A stretch of DNA of 64,000 bases, from NCBI GenBank assembly GCA_034933465.1, contig JAYFNM010000057.1, forward strand, positions 37,414-101,413, read 5' to 3'. The stretch comes from Oscillospiraceae bacterium. GTDB lineage: Bacteria > Bacillota > Clostridia > Oscillospirales > Oscillospiraceae. Shown here piece by piece: positions 29,500 to 38,037 of the stretch. The first letter of the stretch is position 1, and each line of letters starts with the position of its first letter. Under the pieces are notes generated by a model. It was not told where the DNA came from. It did not search any database and saw only the letters and a list, made by a program, of their open reading frames with translations. A program made the position numbers and the translations under genes.

Positions 29500-30398
29500 C
29501 CATGCTTCAAACTTTAGTGCAGACCATCCAGCGCGACTCGTCCATCAGCTTTCCGATGTTCGGGGACTTCTCCATCGATCCCCCCTCGTACTTCACGGTC
29601 TTCGGGAAAAATATCTATTTCTACGGGGTCATAATCGCCCTCGGCTTTATCCTCGGCATCCTGTACTGCTCGAAGAACAGCCGCCGCTTCGGCATAAGGG
29701 AGGATGATTTCTACGATCTCATGCTCTGGCTCATCCCCTTCTCCATCGTCGGGGCGCGGCTGTACTACGTGCTGTTCAAGCTGGAGGACTATATCGGCGA
29801 CCCGCTGGCGGTCTTCGCCGTCCGGGAGGGCGGGCTCGCCATATACGGCGGCATCATCGCGGGCGTCATCGTTATCGCGCTGGTCTGCCGCCGCAAGAAG
29901 ATACCCTTCGCCGCCATGCTCGACCTCGTCATCTTCGGGCTGCTCATCGGGCAGGCGGTGGGGCGCTGGGGCAATTTCATCAACCGCGAGGCCTTCGGCG
30001 CGGAGACGACGGTCTTCTGCCGCATGGGGCTCACCTCGCCCGACGGCACCATCTACGTCCACCCCACCTTTCTGTATGAGAGCCTTTGGAACCTCGTCTG
30101 CCTCGCCTTTCTCATCGTCTGGACCCGCCGCGGCGGCCGCCGCTACGACGGGCAGGCCGCGCTGATCTATTTCCTGTGGTACGGCATAGGCCGGGCATGG
30201 ATAGAGGGGCTGAGGACGGACAGCCTGTACATCGGCAGCAGCAGCATACGCGTATCACAGGCGCTGTCAATGGCGCTTGCTTTGATATCGCTCGTTGTCC
30301 TCATCGTTCAAAGCAGAAGACCGCAGCCCCCGGAGGCGCTCTACGTCAACCGGGTCGCGGAGGACGGCGAGCCGGAACATACACAACAGAAGCCTTGA
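29496..30398 (+). CDS. lgt: prolipoprotein diacylglyceryl transferase
   Basis: 300 aa polytopic protein with GGLAIYGGIIAG and GRWGNFINREAFG. ATGA overlap with the M16 gene. Confidence 0.9.
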   Translation: MTMLQTLVQTIQRDSSISFPMFGDFSIDPPSYFTVFGKNIYFYGVIIALGFILGILYCSKNSRRFGIREDDFYDLMLWLIPFSIVGARLYYVLFKLEDYIGDPLAVFAVREGGLAIYGGIIAGVIVIALVCRRKKIPFAAMLDLVIFGLLIGQAVGRWGNFINREAFGAETTVFCRMGLTSPDGTIYVHPTFLYESLWNLVCLAFLIVWTRRGGRRYDGQAALIYFLWYGIGRAWIEGLRTDSLYIGSSSIRVSQALSMALALISLVVLIVQSRRPQPPEALYVNRVAEDGEPEHTQQKP

Positions 30399-30421
30399 CC
30401 GAAAAATGGAGGTAAAACACA

Positions 30422-30880
30422 ATGGCAGATTACAAGGACATCATCACCGGCACCCTCAGCAGCCTGGTGGGCAAGGTAAAGGAAGTCGCCGAGAGCGGCA
30501 GCGTGCGCAACATCTATGAGCAGGGCAGCAACCGCGCAAAGGCCTACGGCCGCATCGCGAAGCTCACCCTCGAGATGAACGGCGACAACGAGGAGCTCAG
30601 GCGCGTCTACACCGAGATAGGCAAGCTCTACTACGAGCAGGCCAAGGACGCCCCCGAGGGCTTTTTCGCCCCCCTGTTCACCCAGGCAGAGCAGATCACC
30701 GCGCAGATCCTCGCGCGCGAGGACGAGATAAACACCCTCAAGGCCAGCTTCGACGGCTCGGCCGAGGACGCCGACATCGAGGTAGAGGTCAGCGAGTTTG
30801 ACGACGTGGTGGACGCGACGCAGGACGACGGCGCCGACGCGAAGAGCGCCGACAAGCCCGACGACGCGAAGGGCGAATAA
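30422..30880 (+). CDS. hypothetical cytoplasmic protein with an acidic C-terminal tail
   Basis: 152 aa, helical and coiled-coil-like at the N-terminus and Asp/Glu-rich at the C-terminus. SD GGAGG precedes the ATG. No family recognised. Confidence 0.6.
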   Translation: MADYKDIITGTLSSLVGKVKEVAESGSVRNIYEQGSNRAKAYGRIAKLTLEMNGDNEELRRVYTEIGKLYYEQAKDAPEGFFAPLFTQAEQITAQILAREDEINTLKASFDGSAEDADIEVEVSEFDDVVDATQDDGADAKSADKPDDAKGE

Positions 30881-30896
30881 AACATCCCCTAAAAAA

Positions 30897-30926
30897 CACG
30901 GCCCGGAGCGCTCCGGGCCGTGTTTT
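30897..30926 (+). terminator. intrinsic terminator
   Basis: CACGGCCCGGAG/CTCCGGGCCGTG palindrome followed by TTTT. A second hairpin, TCGTTGGCAAAGTC-atgcc-GACTTTGCCAACGA, lies at 30930-30962. Confidence 0.75.
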
Positions 30927-31134
30927 GAATCGTTGGCAAAGTCATGCCGACTTTGCCAACGAAGAGGTTGCGCTCCGTTTTGCGCCTCAACGCCCGCCTT
31001 TGGCGGATGTTTCGACACAAACTCCGCGAGAAGTGTTTTCCGCGACGTACACGCCGCCGCTGAAAACTTTTTAAAACTATTTTTCTCCTGCGGGAGAAAA
31101 ACTCTGCGAGGCTTTGTCTACAGGCGCAAACATG

Positions 31135-31163
31135 TTGCGAAAAAAGGGAATCCGGCTTATACT
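31135..31163 (+). promoter_or_regulatory. candidate sigma-A promoter
   Basis: TTGCGA (31135-31140), a 17-nt spacer, then TATACT (31158-31163). It is about 40 nt upstream of ATG 31205. Confidence 0.5.
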
Positions 31164-31204
31164 GTATGTGTAAAAAATTCACCCGGCACAGTGAGGAAAC
31201 GGAT

Positions 31205-32125
31205 ATGCTGTCTGTCATAATACCGGCGTTTAACGAAGAGAAGATGGTGCCCGCCGCCGCGGAGGTCATAACCGGCGTTCTCGACGAGGCGGAAATAGAC
31301 CACGAGCTGCTGTTTATCGACGACGGCTCGAAGGACAAGACCTGGGAGGCCATAACGCGCGCCGCCGGGAAGGACGCGCGCATAAGGGGCGTCCATTTCA
31401 GCCGCAACTTCGGCAAGGAGGCCGCGATGTTCGCCGGCCTCGAGCGCGCCGGGGGCGGCTGCTGCGCCGTGCTCGACTGCGACTTGCAGCATCCGCCGGA
31501 GAAGCTGGTGGAGATGTACCGGCTCTGGGAGCAGGGCTACGAGGTCGTGGAGGGCGTCAAGGAGGACAGGGGCGATGAGTCCGGCTTCCACAAATTTGCC
31601 GCCGGCAGCTTTTACAGCCTCATCAGCCGCTCGACCGGGATGGACATGTCCGCCTCGTCCGACTTCAAGCTGCTCGACCGCAAGGTCGTGGATACGCTCA
31701 ACCAAATGCCCGAGCGCAACGTCTTCTTCCGCGCGCTGTCCTTCTGGGTCGGCTTCAGGCGCGCCGAGGTGAGCTATAAGGTGCGCGAGAGGGCGGCCGG
31801 CGAGAGCAAATGGTCCACGGGCTCGCTTATAAAATACGCCGTGACCAATATCGGCTCCTTCTCCTCCGCGCCGCTGCACATCATAACCATACTCGGCTTT
31901 ATCACGCTCGCGGTGTCCCTCGTCTTCGGCGTCACGTCGCTGGTGCAGAAGCTGACCGGGCAGGCGCTCGGCGGCTTTACGACAGTCATACTGCTGCTGC
32001 TGTTTTTCAGCAGCATGATAATGATAAGCCTCGGCATCATCGGCTACTATATCGCCCGCATGTACGATGAGATCAAGGGTCGCCCGCGCTATATCGTGTC
32101 CGAGACCTGCGGAGGAGACAAATGA
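31205..32125 (+). CDS. family 2 glycosyltransferase (polyprenyl-phosphate sugar transferase, GtrB/ArnC-like) with C-terminal TM helices
   Basis: Motifs are LSVIIPAFNEE, DDGSKD and DCDLQHPPE (DxD). ATG 31205 follows SD GAGGAA. Confidence 0.85.
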   Translation: MLSVIIPAFNEEKMVPAAAEVITGVLDEAEIDHELLFIDDGSKDKTWEAITRAAGKDARIRGVHFSRNFGKEAAMFAGLERAGGGCCAVLDCDLQHPPEKLVEMYRLWEQGYEVVEGVKEDRGDESGFHKFAAGSFYSLISRSTGMDMSASSDFKLLDRKVVDTLNQMPERNVFFRALSFWVGFRRAEVSYKVRERAAGESKWSTGSLIKYAVTNIGSFSSAPLHIITILGFITLAVSLVFGVTSLVQKLTGQALGGFTTVILLLLFFSSMIMISLGIIGYYIARMYDEIKGRPRYIVSETCGGDK

Positions 32126-32631
32126 ACGAAAAACCGACTTTTTTTGAACGTCTCAAGGGCTTTTGCGCCCGATTCTTCGACGTCACCTTCTGGAAATTCA
32201 TCCTTGTCGGCGTGGTCAACACCCTCTTCGGCACGGGCGTGATGTTCCTGCTGTATAATGTCGCCTTCAAAAGCTATCACAGCTCCGACTGGGCATACTG
32301 GGTCTCGAGCGCGGCGAACTACGTACTCGGCAGCATCCTGAGCTATTTTCTCAACAAGACCTTCACCTTTCAGAGCAAGCACGACACCGGCAAGACCATA
32401 TGGCGCTTCGTCGTGAACATCTCGCTGTGCTATCTCGTCGCCTACGGCGTGGCGAAGCCCCTCGTGCGCGAGCTCTTCTCCGGCGCGTCCGCGACAACCC
32501 AGGGCAATGCGGCCATGCTCGCCGGGATGTGCTTTTTCGTGGGGCTCAACTATATCGGGCAGCGCTTTTTCGTCTTCAAGGGCGCCCAGTCCGAGGCGGA
32601 GCAGACGCACGCCGACGGCGAGGGCAAATAA
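32122..32631 (+). CDS. GtrA-family membrane protein
   Basis: 169 aa with 4 TM helices. The block FWKFILVGVVNTLFGTGVMFLL is GtrA-like. ATGA overlap with the GT2 gene. Confidence 0.75.
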   Translation: MNEKPTFFERLKGFCARFFDVTFWKFILVGVVNTLFGTGVMFLLYNVAFKSYHSSDWAYWVSSAANYVLGSILSYFLNKTFTFQSKHDTGKTIWRFVVNISLCYLVAYGVAKPLVRELFSGASATTQGNAAMLAGMCFFVGLNYIGQRFFVFKGAQSEAEQTHADGEGK

Positions 32632-32653
32632 GCCCGAGGCGCGCGCGCCTTTT

Positions 32654-32703
32654 AAAAAAACTGTCATCCCCCGGCCTTGCAGCCTCGGGATGACAGTTTT
32701 TTT
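32654..32703. terminator. bidirectional terminator between convergent genes
   Basis: A7-CTGTCATCCC...GGGATGACAG-T7. The stem termini match the CTGTCATCC/GGATGACAG repeat family. Confidence 0.7.
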
Positions 32704-32716
32704 GCGATAATTTCGT

Positions 32717-32989
32717 TTATTTGCTCAACCTGTACGCGAAGACGATGGTCAGCATCGACAGCGCCACCGCCGTGCCGATGAGCGCCGCCTCAAAGCTGAA
32801 CGGCAGGAGCTTTCGCAGCAGGAACACCGCCGCCAGCGCCCCGATATCCACGACGCTCCTTATCGCGTTCGCCGCGAGCATCGCCCCGGAGCTGTTCTTC
32901 GCGATGCACTTTTTGCTGACAAAGGCGTTCAAAAGCGCCGCCGCCGCACCCCAGACGAGACCCGCCAGCGCGCCCCAGAGATAGTTCAT
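32717..32989 (-). CDS. small hypothetical membrane protein (~90 aa, 3 TM helices)
   Basis: Hydrophobic ORF MNYLWGALAGLVWGAAAALLN... I prefer the ATG at 32989 to the GTG at 33025. Confidence 0.5.
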   Translation of the reverse strand: MNYLWGALAGLVWGAAAALLNAFVSKKCIAKNSSGAMLAANAIRSVVDIGALAAVFLLRKLLPFSFEAALIGTAVALSMLTIVFAYRLSK

Positions 32990-33152
32990 TATTATGACCG
33001 TTCCTTTCATTTCACGTGAGGGCACAAAGGGTCAAAAAAGAAATGGCCGCCTTGTGCGGGATTACGCGCCCGAGTCTTCGGGCGTTTTCCTGATTCTACC
33101 ACAGCCGCGCCTGTTTGCCAACCGCTTTTTGCCCCTCCGCGCTCCGAAACGG

Positions 33153-33180
33153 AAAAAGCCTGCCGCGCTCCGCGGCAGGC
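33153..33180 (-). terminator. intrinsic terminator of the LCP gene
   Basis: GCCTGCCGCG-ctc-CGCGGCAGGC hairpin at 33158-33180. A-run and T-run flanks would allow function on both strands. Confidence 0.7.
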
Positions 33181-33195
33181 CTGTTTTTTATCCGC

Positions 33196-34398
33196 TCAGC
33201 CCAAAACTATCGTGCCGTCGGAGGGCGCGGGCGGCTGTGTCGGCGTCTCCGTCGGCACGACGATTATCGCGGGGCCGGTGGGAGTCGGCGTCTCGGGGGG
33301 AGCCGTTATGACGGTCTCAGGAGACACGGTGGGCTGCGGGGTCTGATAGTAGTACCAGTCGCCCTGCAGGGTGGTGGTCGCGGCGAAGGAGTTGCCGCTG
33401 ATATAGACTATGTCCACATTGCCGTAGCCGACCTGTGTGCCGTAGGGGTTGATATAGTCGTTGACCATTTGCAGCCACTCGTTGATGTCGAGCACGGCAT
33501 AGCTGTAGCCGCTGACCATGGTGGCGGTATTCGGGGCGGTGTAGAAGTTGATGTCCTCGCTCTTGCACTGTATCGCCTGTCTGAGGAAGAAGGCGATGTT
33601 GGCCGAGGAGAGGTTGGTGTCCAGCCCGCCGGCGAGGATGTTGACGACCTTGGAGATGTTGGGGATATTGCCGAGCGTGATGAACTGATCCGCGCAGGCC
33701 TTCAGGAAATTGTGCTGCATCTCGATGCGCCCGAGGTCGCCGTTGGCATAGCCGCTGCGGAAGCGGACGACGCCCATGGCCTGGTTGCCGTCGAGCAGCT
33801 GGTATCCCGGGGAGAGGTGGATGAACAGGTTCTGATCCGCGTCCTCATAGTCCATCGCCTGCGGCACGTCGAAATAAACGCCGCCAAGCGCGTCTACGGT
33901 GTCCATGAACACCTTGAGGTCGATGACCGCGTAGCAGTCCACGTCGAAGCCGGTGAGCCGCTTTATATGGTTTCTCAGCGCGTCGATGCCGTTGCCGCCG
34001 CTGTTTTTGGAGCCCCAGTAGACAGAGTTTATCTTTCTGACGTCCCAGTTCACGTTTATGAGCGTATCGCGCGGAATGCTGACGAAGTCCATCTTGTGCT
34101 GCACCGTGTCTATCTTGCCGACCATGATGGTGTCTGTGTTGCCGTTGCCCTGGTCATTGCCGACCAGCAGGATGGTATACACGCCGTCGGCTCTCTCCGT
34201 GTCGAAGGGCAGGCCGTTGTCCGCCTCCGCGGTCGCGCCGGCAGAGGCGGCGGGCGTGGCCGTCGGTATCTTCGAATCCACGTCGGGCGCCTTTTCCCAC
34301 AGCATATACACGCTGAATAGCCCTATGAGCGTCAGGGCGAACACGCCGAGCACCGTACACATTATTCTCAAAAAAAGCTTGTTCTTTTTATTATGCAT
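33196..34398 (-). CDS. LytR-CpsA-Psr (LCP) family cell-wall glycopolymer ligase
   Basis: 400 aa with an N-terminal TM anchor, the LCP core (TDTIMVGKID..FVSIPRDT) and a Pro/Thr-rich C-terminal extension. Confidence 0.85.
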   Translation of the reverse strand: MHNKKNKLFLRIMCTVLGVFALTLIGLFSVYMLWEKAPDVDSKIPTATPAASAGATAEADNGLPFDTERADGVYTILLVGNDQGNGNTDTIMVGKIDTVQHKMDFVSIPRDTLINVNWDVRKINSVYWGSKNSGGNGIDALRNHIKRLTGFDVDCYAVIDLKVFMDTVDALGGVYFDVPQAMDYEDADQNLFIHLSPGYQLLDGNQAMGVVRFRSGYANGDLGRIEMQHNFLKACADQFITLGNIPNISKVVNILAGGLDTNLSSANIAFFLRQAIQCKSEDINFYTAPNTATMVSGYSYAVLDINEWLQMVNDYINPYGTQVGYGNVDIVYISGNSFAATTTLQGDWYYYQTPQPTVSPETVITAPPETPTPTGPAIIVVPTETPTQPPAPSDGTIVLG

Positions 34399-34664
34399 TA
34401 TTTTCCCTCTCTGCTGCTTCTGTGGGTCCGGACGACCCGTGTTATTGCATTATAGTATAAAGACGGGAATAATCAATATATGTTTTCCCAATTTTACCTT
34501 AATTTTTCTGAATTTCCAGACAATTATAACCCCCGCCGGCAAAAAATATAAGACGGCGGCTATGACGGCGGCGGATTTTTTGTGGAAATTGTCCGGGATT
34601 CGGCTTCTCTGACGGCGGAAACTGGTACAACAGTCCAAAAGTGTCGAAAACCGGCGCGCCGCTC

Positions 34665-34693
34665 TTGACTTCATCGCCAAAAAGTGTTAAAGT
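34665..34693 (+). promoter_or_regulatory. candidate sigma-A promoter of the ABC-importer operon
   Basis: TTGACT (34665-34670), a 17-nt spacer, then TAAAGT (34688-34693). Confidence 0.6.
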
Positions 34694-34721
34694 CTTTCCA
34701 TCACCTGAAAGGGGAAAGAAA

Positions 34722-34802
34722 ATGGCTTCTGTACGTTTCGCGGCCGCATATTATTACTATTACTTTTTTAGGAAAAGTGATAGGAGTTTGTGCTGCGCTT
34801 AA
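34722..34802 (+). CDS. candidate regulatory leader peptide MASVRFAAAYYYYYFFRKSDRSLCCA (26 aa)
   Basis: SD GGGGAAAG lies 4-11 nt before ATG 34722. Codons TAT TAT TAC TAT TAC TTT TTT occupy 34749-34769. TAA at 34800-34802 lies 28 nt upstream of an intrinsic terminator. Confidence 0.55.
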   Translation: MASVRFAAAYYYYYFFRKSDRSLCCA

Positions 34803-34830
34803 CGTGAAACTGTTTTTCACCGGTTTTCAT

Positions 34831-34863
34831 AGCTGCACGGACTTCGCTCCGTGCAGCTTTTTT
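34831..34863 (+). terminator. leader (attenuator) intrinsic terminator
   Basis: AGCTGCACGG-acttcgct-CCGTGCAGCT followed by TTTTT. It sits between the promoter/leader ORF and the SD plus ATG of the binding-protein gene. Confidence 0.7.
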
Positions 34864-34912
34864 GTTTCCCTTGCGGGGAACGAGAGGTGGAAAAAAATTT
34901 GGAGGAATAAAA

Positions 34913-35917
34913 ATGAAAAAGCTTCTTGCCATCGTCTGCGTTTTCGCGCTTGTTTTCGCGCTTGCCGCCTGCGGCCAGACCGCCGCCGTCACCGCCAGCG
35001 AGGCTCCTGCGGCCGCGACCGAAGCCCCCGCCGGGGCGAGCTACGTCGTCGGCATCTGCCAGCTCGTGCAGCACCCCGCGCTCGACGCGGCCACCGAGGG
35101 CTTTAAAGCCGCTCTGACCGACAAGCTCGGCGACAGTGTCAGCTTCAGCGAGCAGAACGCCTCCGGCGATTCCGCCACCTGCGCCGTCATTTGCAGCCAG
35201 TTCGTCAGCGACGAGGTCGATCTGATCATGGCCAACGCCACCCCGGCGCTGCAGGCCGCCGCCTCCGCCACGAACGAGATACCCATCCTCGGCACCTCCG
35301 TCACCGATTACGGCACCGCGCTCGGCATCAGCGACTGGACCGGCGCCTCCGGCGCCAACATCTCCGGCACCTCCGACCTCGCCCCGCTCGACGGGCAGGC
35401 AGATATGCTCAAGGAGCTCTTCCCCGACGCGAAGACGGTCGGCCTGCTCTACTGCTCCGGCGAGCCCAACTCCAAGTTTCAGGCCGACAGCATCCGCAAG
35501 CTGCTTGAGGACATGGGCTACACCGTGACCGACTTCACCTTTGCCGACAGCAACGACGTCTCCTCCGTGACCGCCACCGCCTGCGGCGAGAGCGACGTGC
35601 TCTACATCCCGACCGACAACACCGCCGCCTCCTGCGCCGAGGCCATAAACAACGTGGCGCTCAACGCCGGCGTCCCCATAGTCTGCGGCGAAGAGGGGCT
35701 CTGCTCGGGCTGCGGCGTGGCCACGCTCTCCATCTCCTACTACGACCTCGGCTACGCGACCGGCGAGATGGCCTTTGAGATCCTCGTCAACGGCGCGGAC
35801 GTCTCCGCCATGCAGGTGCAGTTTGCGCCCAAGTTCACCAGGGAATACAACGCCGCCAACTGCGAGGCGCTGAAGATCACCGTCCCCTCCGACTACGTCG
35901 CCATAGCCGCCGACTGA
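34913..35917 (+). CDS. ABC transporter substrate-binding lipoprotein, ABC_sub_bind/COG2984 family (putative tryptophan/tyrosine-type TrpX-like)
   Basis: Lipobox MKKLLAIVCVFALVFALAAC|G and the family-typical VGICQLVQHPALDAATEGFKAAL. ATG 34913 follows SD GGAGGA. Confidence 0.8.
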   Translation: MKKLLAIVCVFALVFALAACGQTAAVTASEAPAAATEAPAGASYVVGICQLVQHPALDAATEGFKAALTDKLGDSVSFSEQNASGDSATCAVICSQFVSDEVDLIMANATPALQAAASATNEIPILGTSVTDYGTALGISDWTGASGANISGTSDLAPLDGQADMLKELFPDAKTVGLLYCSGEPNSKFQADSIRKLLEDMGYTVTDFTFADSNDVSSVTATACGESDVLYIPTDNTAASCAEAINNVALNAGVPIVCGEEGLCSGCGVATLSISYYDLGYATGEMAFEILVNGADVSAMQVQFAPKFTREYNAANCEALKITVPSDYVAIAAD

Positions 35918-35930
35918 GCCTGAACGACTT

Positions 35931-35959
35931 GAGGTCTGCCGCATTACGCGGCAGACCTC
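35931..35959. repeat. palindromic hairpin unit, copy 1
   Basis: GAGGTCTGCCGC-attac-GCGGCAGACCTC, 14 nt after the binding-protein stop. Confidence 0.6.
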
Positions 35960-36182
35960 GCAGGCAGTCAAAAAACTATACTTCCAAGCCAATGGCGATT
36001 GAGCAGCGGGAGAGCGCGAGAGGGCAAGGCCCGTCTCGCGATACAATAAACCGCCAGCAAAGGCTTGATTTATCAAGTCTTTGCCGAGCGAAGCGAGTTT
36101 TTTCGTGATATCACGCTTTCACGAAAAAAGTGGCGGATAAAGCCTGTCAAGGAAGTCGGCGACGACTTCTTTGACAGGCTGT

Positions 36183-36211
36183 GAGGTCTGCCGCGGAACG
36201 CGGCAGTCCTC
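36183..36211. repeat. palindromic hairpin unit, copy 2
   Basis: GAGGTCTGCCGC-ggaac-GCGGCAGTCCTC, 35 nt before the permease GTG. Confidence 0.6.
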
Positions 36212-36245
36212 GCGGCAATACAGATAGAACAAGGAGAAAGCTACC

Positions 36246-37202
36246 GTGAGCATAGCTGCATATTTTTCTTCCCTCAGCATATTGAAGCTTGTCAAAAACA
36301 TGCCCGGCGGAATCGCGCAGGGGCTTATATGGGGGCTCATGGCTCTCGGCGTGTATATCACCTTCCGGCTGCTGGACGTGGCCGACCTGACTGTGGACGG
36401 CTCCTTCACGACGGGGGGCGCGGTCACGGTCATGCTCGTGATGGGCGGCTGCCCCGCGTGGCTCGCGCTGTTGGCGGCCGTCGCGGCGGGCATACTGGCG
36501 GGACTGTGCACCGGGCTTCTGCACACGAAGCTCGGCATCCCGGCCATTCTGGCGGGAATACTCACCCAGTTCTCGCTCTATTCGATAAATCTGCGAATAA
36601 TGGGCATGGCGGCAAACAAGGCCGTGAGCGTCGATAAATACGAGCTCGTGCTCTCCTCGCGCAACATCCCCGCCTCCATCCTCACCGGGCTTGCCATCGC
36701 CGCGGTGCTGGTCGCCGTGTTCTACTGGTATTTCGGCACCGAGCAGGGCTCCGCCCTGCGCGCCACCGGCAGCAACCCCGCCATGAGCAGCGCGCTCGGC
36801 ATCAACATCAACTCCATGAAGGTGCTGGGGCTCGCTCTCTCAAACGGCGTCGTCGCCCTCTCTGGCGGGCTCATGGCGCAGTATCAGGGCTTCGCCGACA
36901 TCAACATGGGGCGCGGCGCGATCGTCATCGGCCTCGCCGCGGTCATCATCGGCGAGGTGCTCGGCCGCGCGCTGCTCGGCAGGCATCTGAACTTCTTCGG
37001 CACGCTCTCGTTCACGGTCATCGGCGGCGCGCTGTACTACCTTGTGGTCGTGATCGTCCTGTGGCTCAAGCTCAATTCCAACGACCTCAAGCTCTTCACC
37101 GCGGTGATAGTCGCGCTGTTCCTCGCGGTTCCGTATCTGCGCGCGCAGTCGAAAAGCTCCTTCGGGCGGCTGAAAAAGAAAGGGGCTGAGCGCAATGCTT
37201 GA
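36246..37202 (+). CDS. ABC transporter permease (COG4120, TrpY-like)
   Basis: 318 aa polytopic protein. GTG start follows SD AAGGAGAAAG. Confidence 0.8.
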   Translation: MSIAAYFSSLSILKLVKNMPGGIAQGLIWGLMALGVYITFRLLDVADLTVDGSFTTGGAVTVMLVMGGCPAWLALLAAVAAGILAGLCTGLLHTKLGIPAILAGILTQFSLYSINLRIMGMAANKAVSVDKYELVLSSRNIPASILTGLAIAAVLVAVFYWYFGTEQGSALRATGSNPAMSSALGININSMKVLGLALSNGVVALSGGLMAQYQGFADINMGRGAIVIGLAAVIIGEVLGRALLGRHLNFFGTLSFTVIGGALYYLVVVIVLWLKLNSNDLKLFTAVIVALFLAVPYLRAQSKSSFGRLKKKGAERNA

Positions 37203-37992
37203 CGTCAACCATATCAGCAAGACCTTCAACCGCGGCACCATCAACGAGAAGCTCGCTCTGAGCGATCTCGACCTGCATCTGGACGCGGGCGACTTCGTCA
37301 CCGTCATCGGCGGCAACGGAGCCGGAAAATCCACCCTGCTCAACGCCGTCGCGGGCGTGTGGCCTGTGGACGAGGGCAGCATCGTCCTCGACGGCTGCGA
37401 CATCACCGCGCTGCCGGAGTACCGCCGCGCGGGGCTTATCGGCCGCGTGTTCCAGGATCCGATGCTCGGCACCGCGCCCAACATGCAGCTTGAGGAGAAC
37501 ATGGCGCTGGCGCTGCGGCGCGGCGAGAAGCGCGGGCTGCGCTGGGGCGTGACCGCGGCGGAGCGCGAGGAGTACCGCGAAAAGCTCAAGACGCTCTCGC
37601 TCGGCCTTGAGGACAGGATGACCGCGAAGGTCGGCCTTCTCTCGGGCGGGCAGCGGCAGGCGCTGACGCTGCTCATGGCCTCCCTCAAGAGGCCGAAGCT
37701 GCTGCTGCTCGACGAGCACACCGCGGCGCTCGACCCCGCGACGGCCGCCAAGGTGCTGGAGCTGTCCGAAAGCATAATCAGCGAAAACGGGCTCACCGCC
37801 ATGATGATAACCCACAACATGAAGGACGCCATCCGCCACGGCAACCGCCTCATCATGATGAACGAGGGCGAGATAATTCTCGATATCTCCGGCGAGGAGA
37901 AGCAGCACCTCACCAAGCAGGAGCTGATGGAGAAGTTCGCCCAGCTCTCCGGCGTACAGGTCGAGAGCGACCAGGTGCTGCTGACGAAGTAG
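37195..37992 (+). CDS. ABC transporter ATP-binding protein (COG1101, TrpZ-like)
   Basis: 265 aa with Walker A GGNGAGKST, signature LSGGQRQA and Walker B LLLLDEHTAALD. Overlaps the permease gene by 8 nt. Confidence 0.85.
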   Translation: MLDVNHISKTFNRGTINEKLALSDLDLHLDAGDFVTVIGGNGAGKSTLLNAVAGVWPVDEGSIVLDGCDITALPEYRRAGLIGRVFQDPMLGTAPNMQLEENMALALRRGEKRGLRWGVTAAEREEYREKLKTLSLGLEDRMTAKVGLLSGGQRQALTLLMASLKRPKLLLLDEHTAALDPATAAKVLELSESIISENGLTAMMITHNMKDAIRHGNRLIMMNEGEIILDISGEEKQHLTKQELMEKFAQLSGVQVESDQVLLTK

Positions 37993-38037
37993 GCTCAGCC
38001 CGCCCGCGGACGATGGCCAAACCGCCGCCCGTGGCAG

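Noticed and set aside
34450-34680. 76-aa minus-strand ORF, and the tail of ORF 34058..34612, in the LCP/ABC intergenic region
   Set aside because: They have no SD and atypical composition, and they span the AT-rich divergent promoter region. I recognised no motif or family in either product.
34700-34870. T-box, TRAP-binding site or metabolite riboswitch in the ABC importer leader
   Set aside because: There is no T-box sequence (AANNNGGGTGGTACCGCG-like) and no specifier/stem I architecture. Only about 3 (G/U)AG triplets are present, rather than the 9-11 phased repeats TRAP needs. I recognised no known riboswitch core. The short aromatic-rich ORF with a good SD explains the region better.
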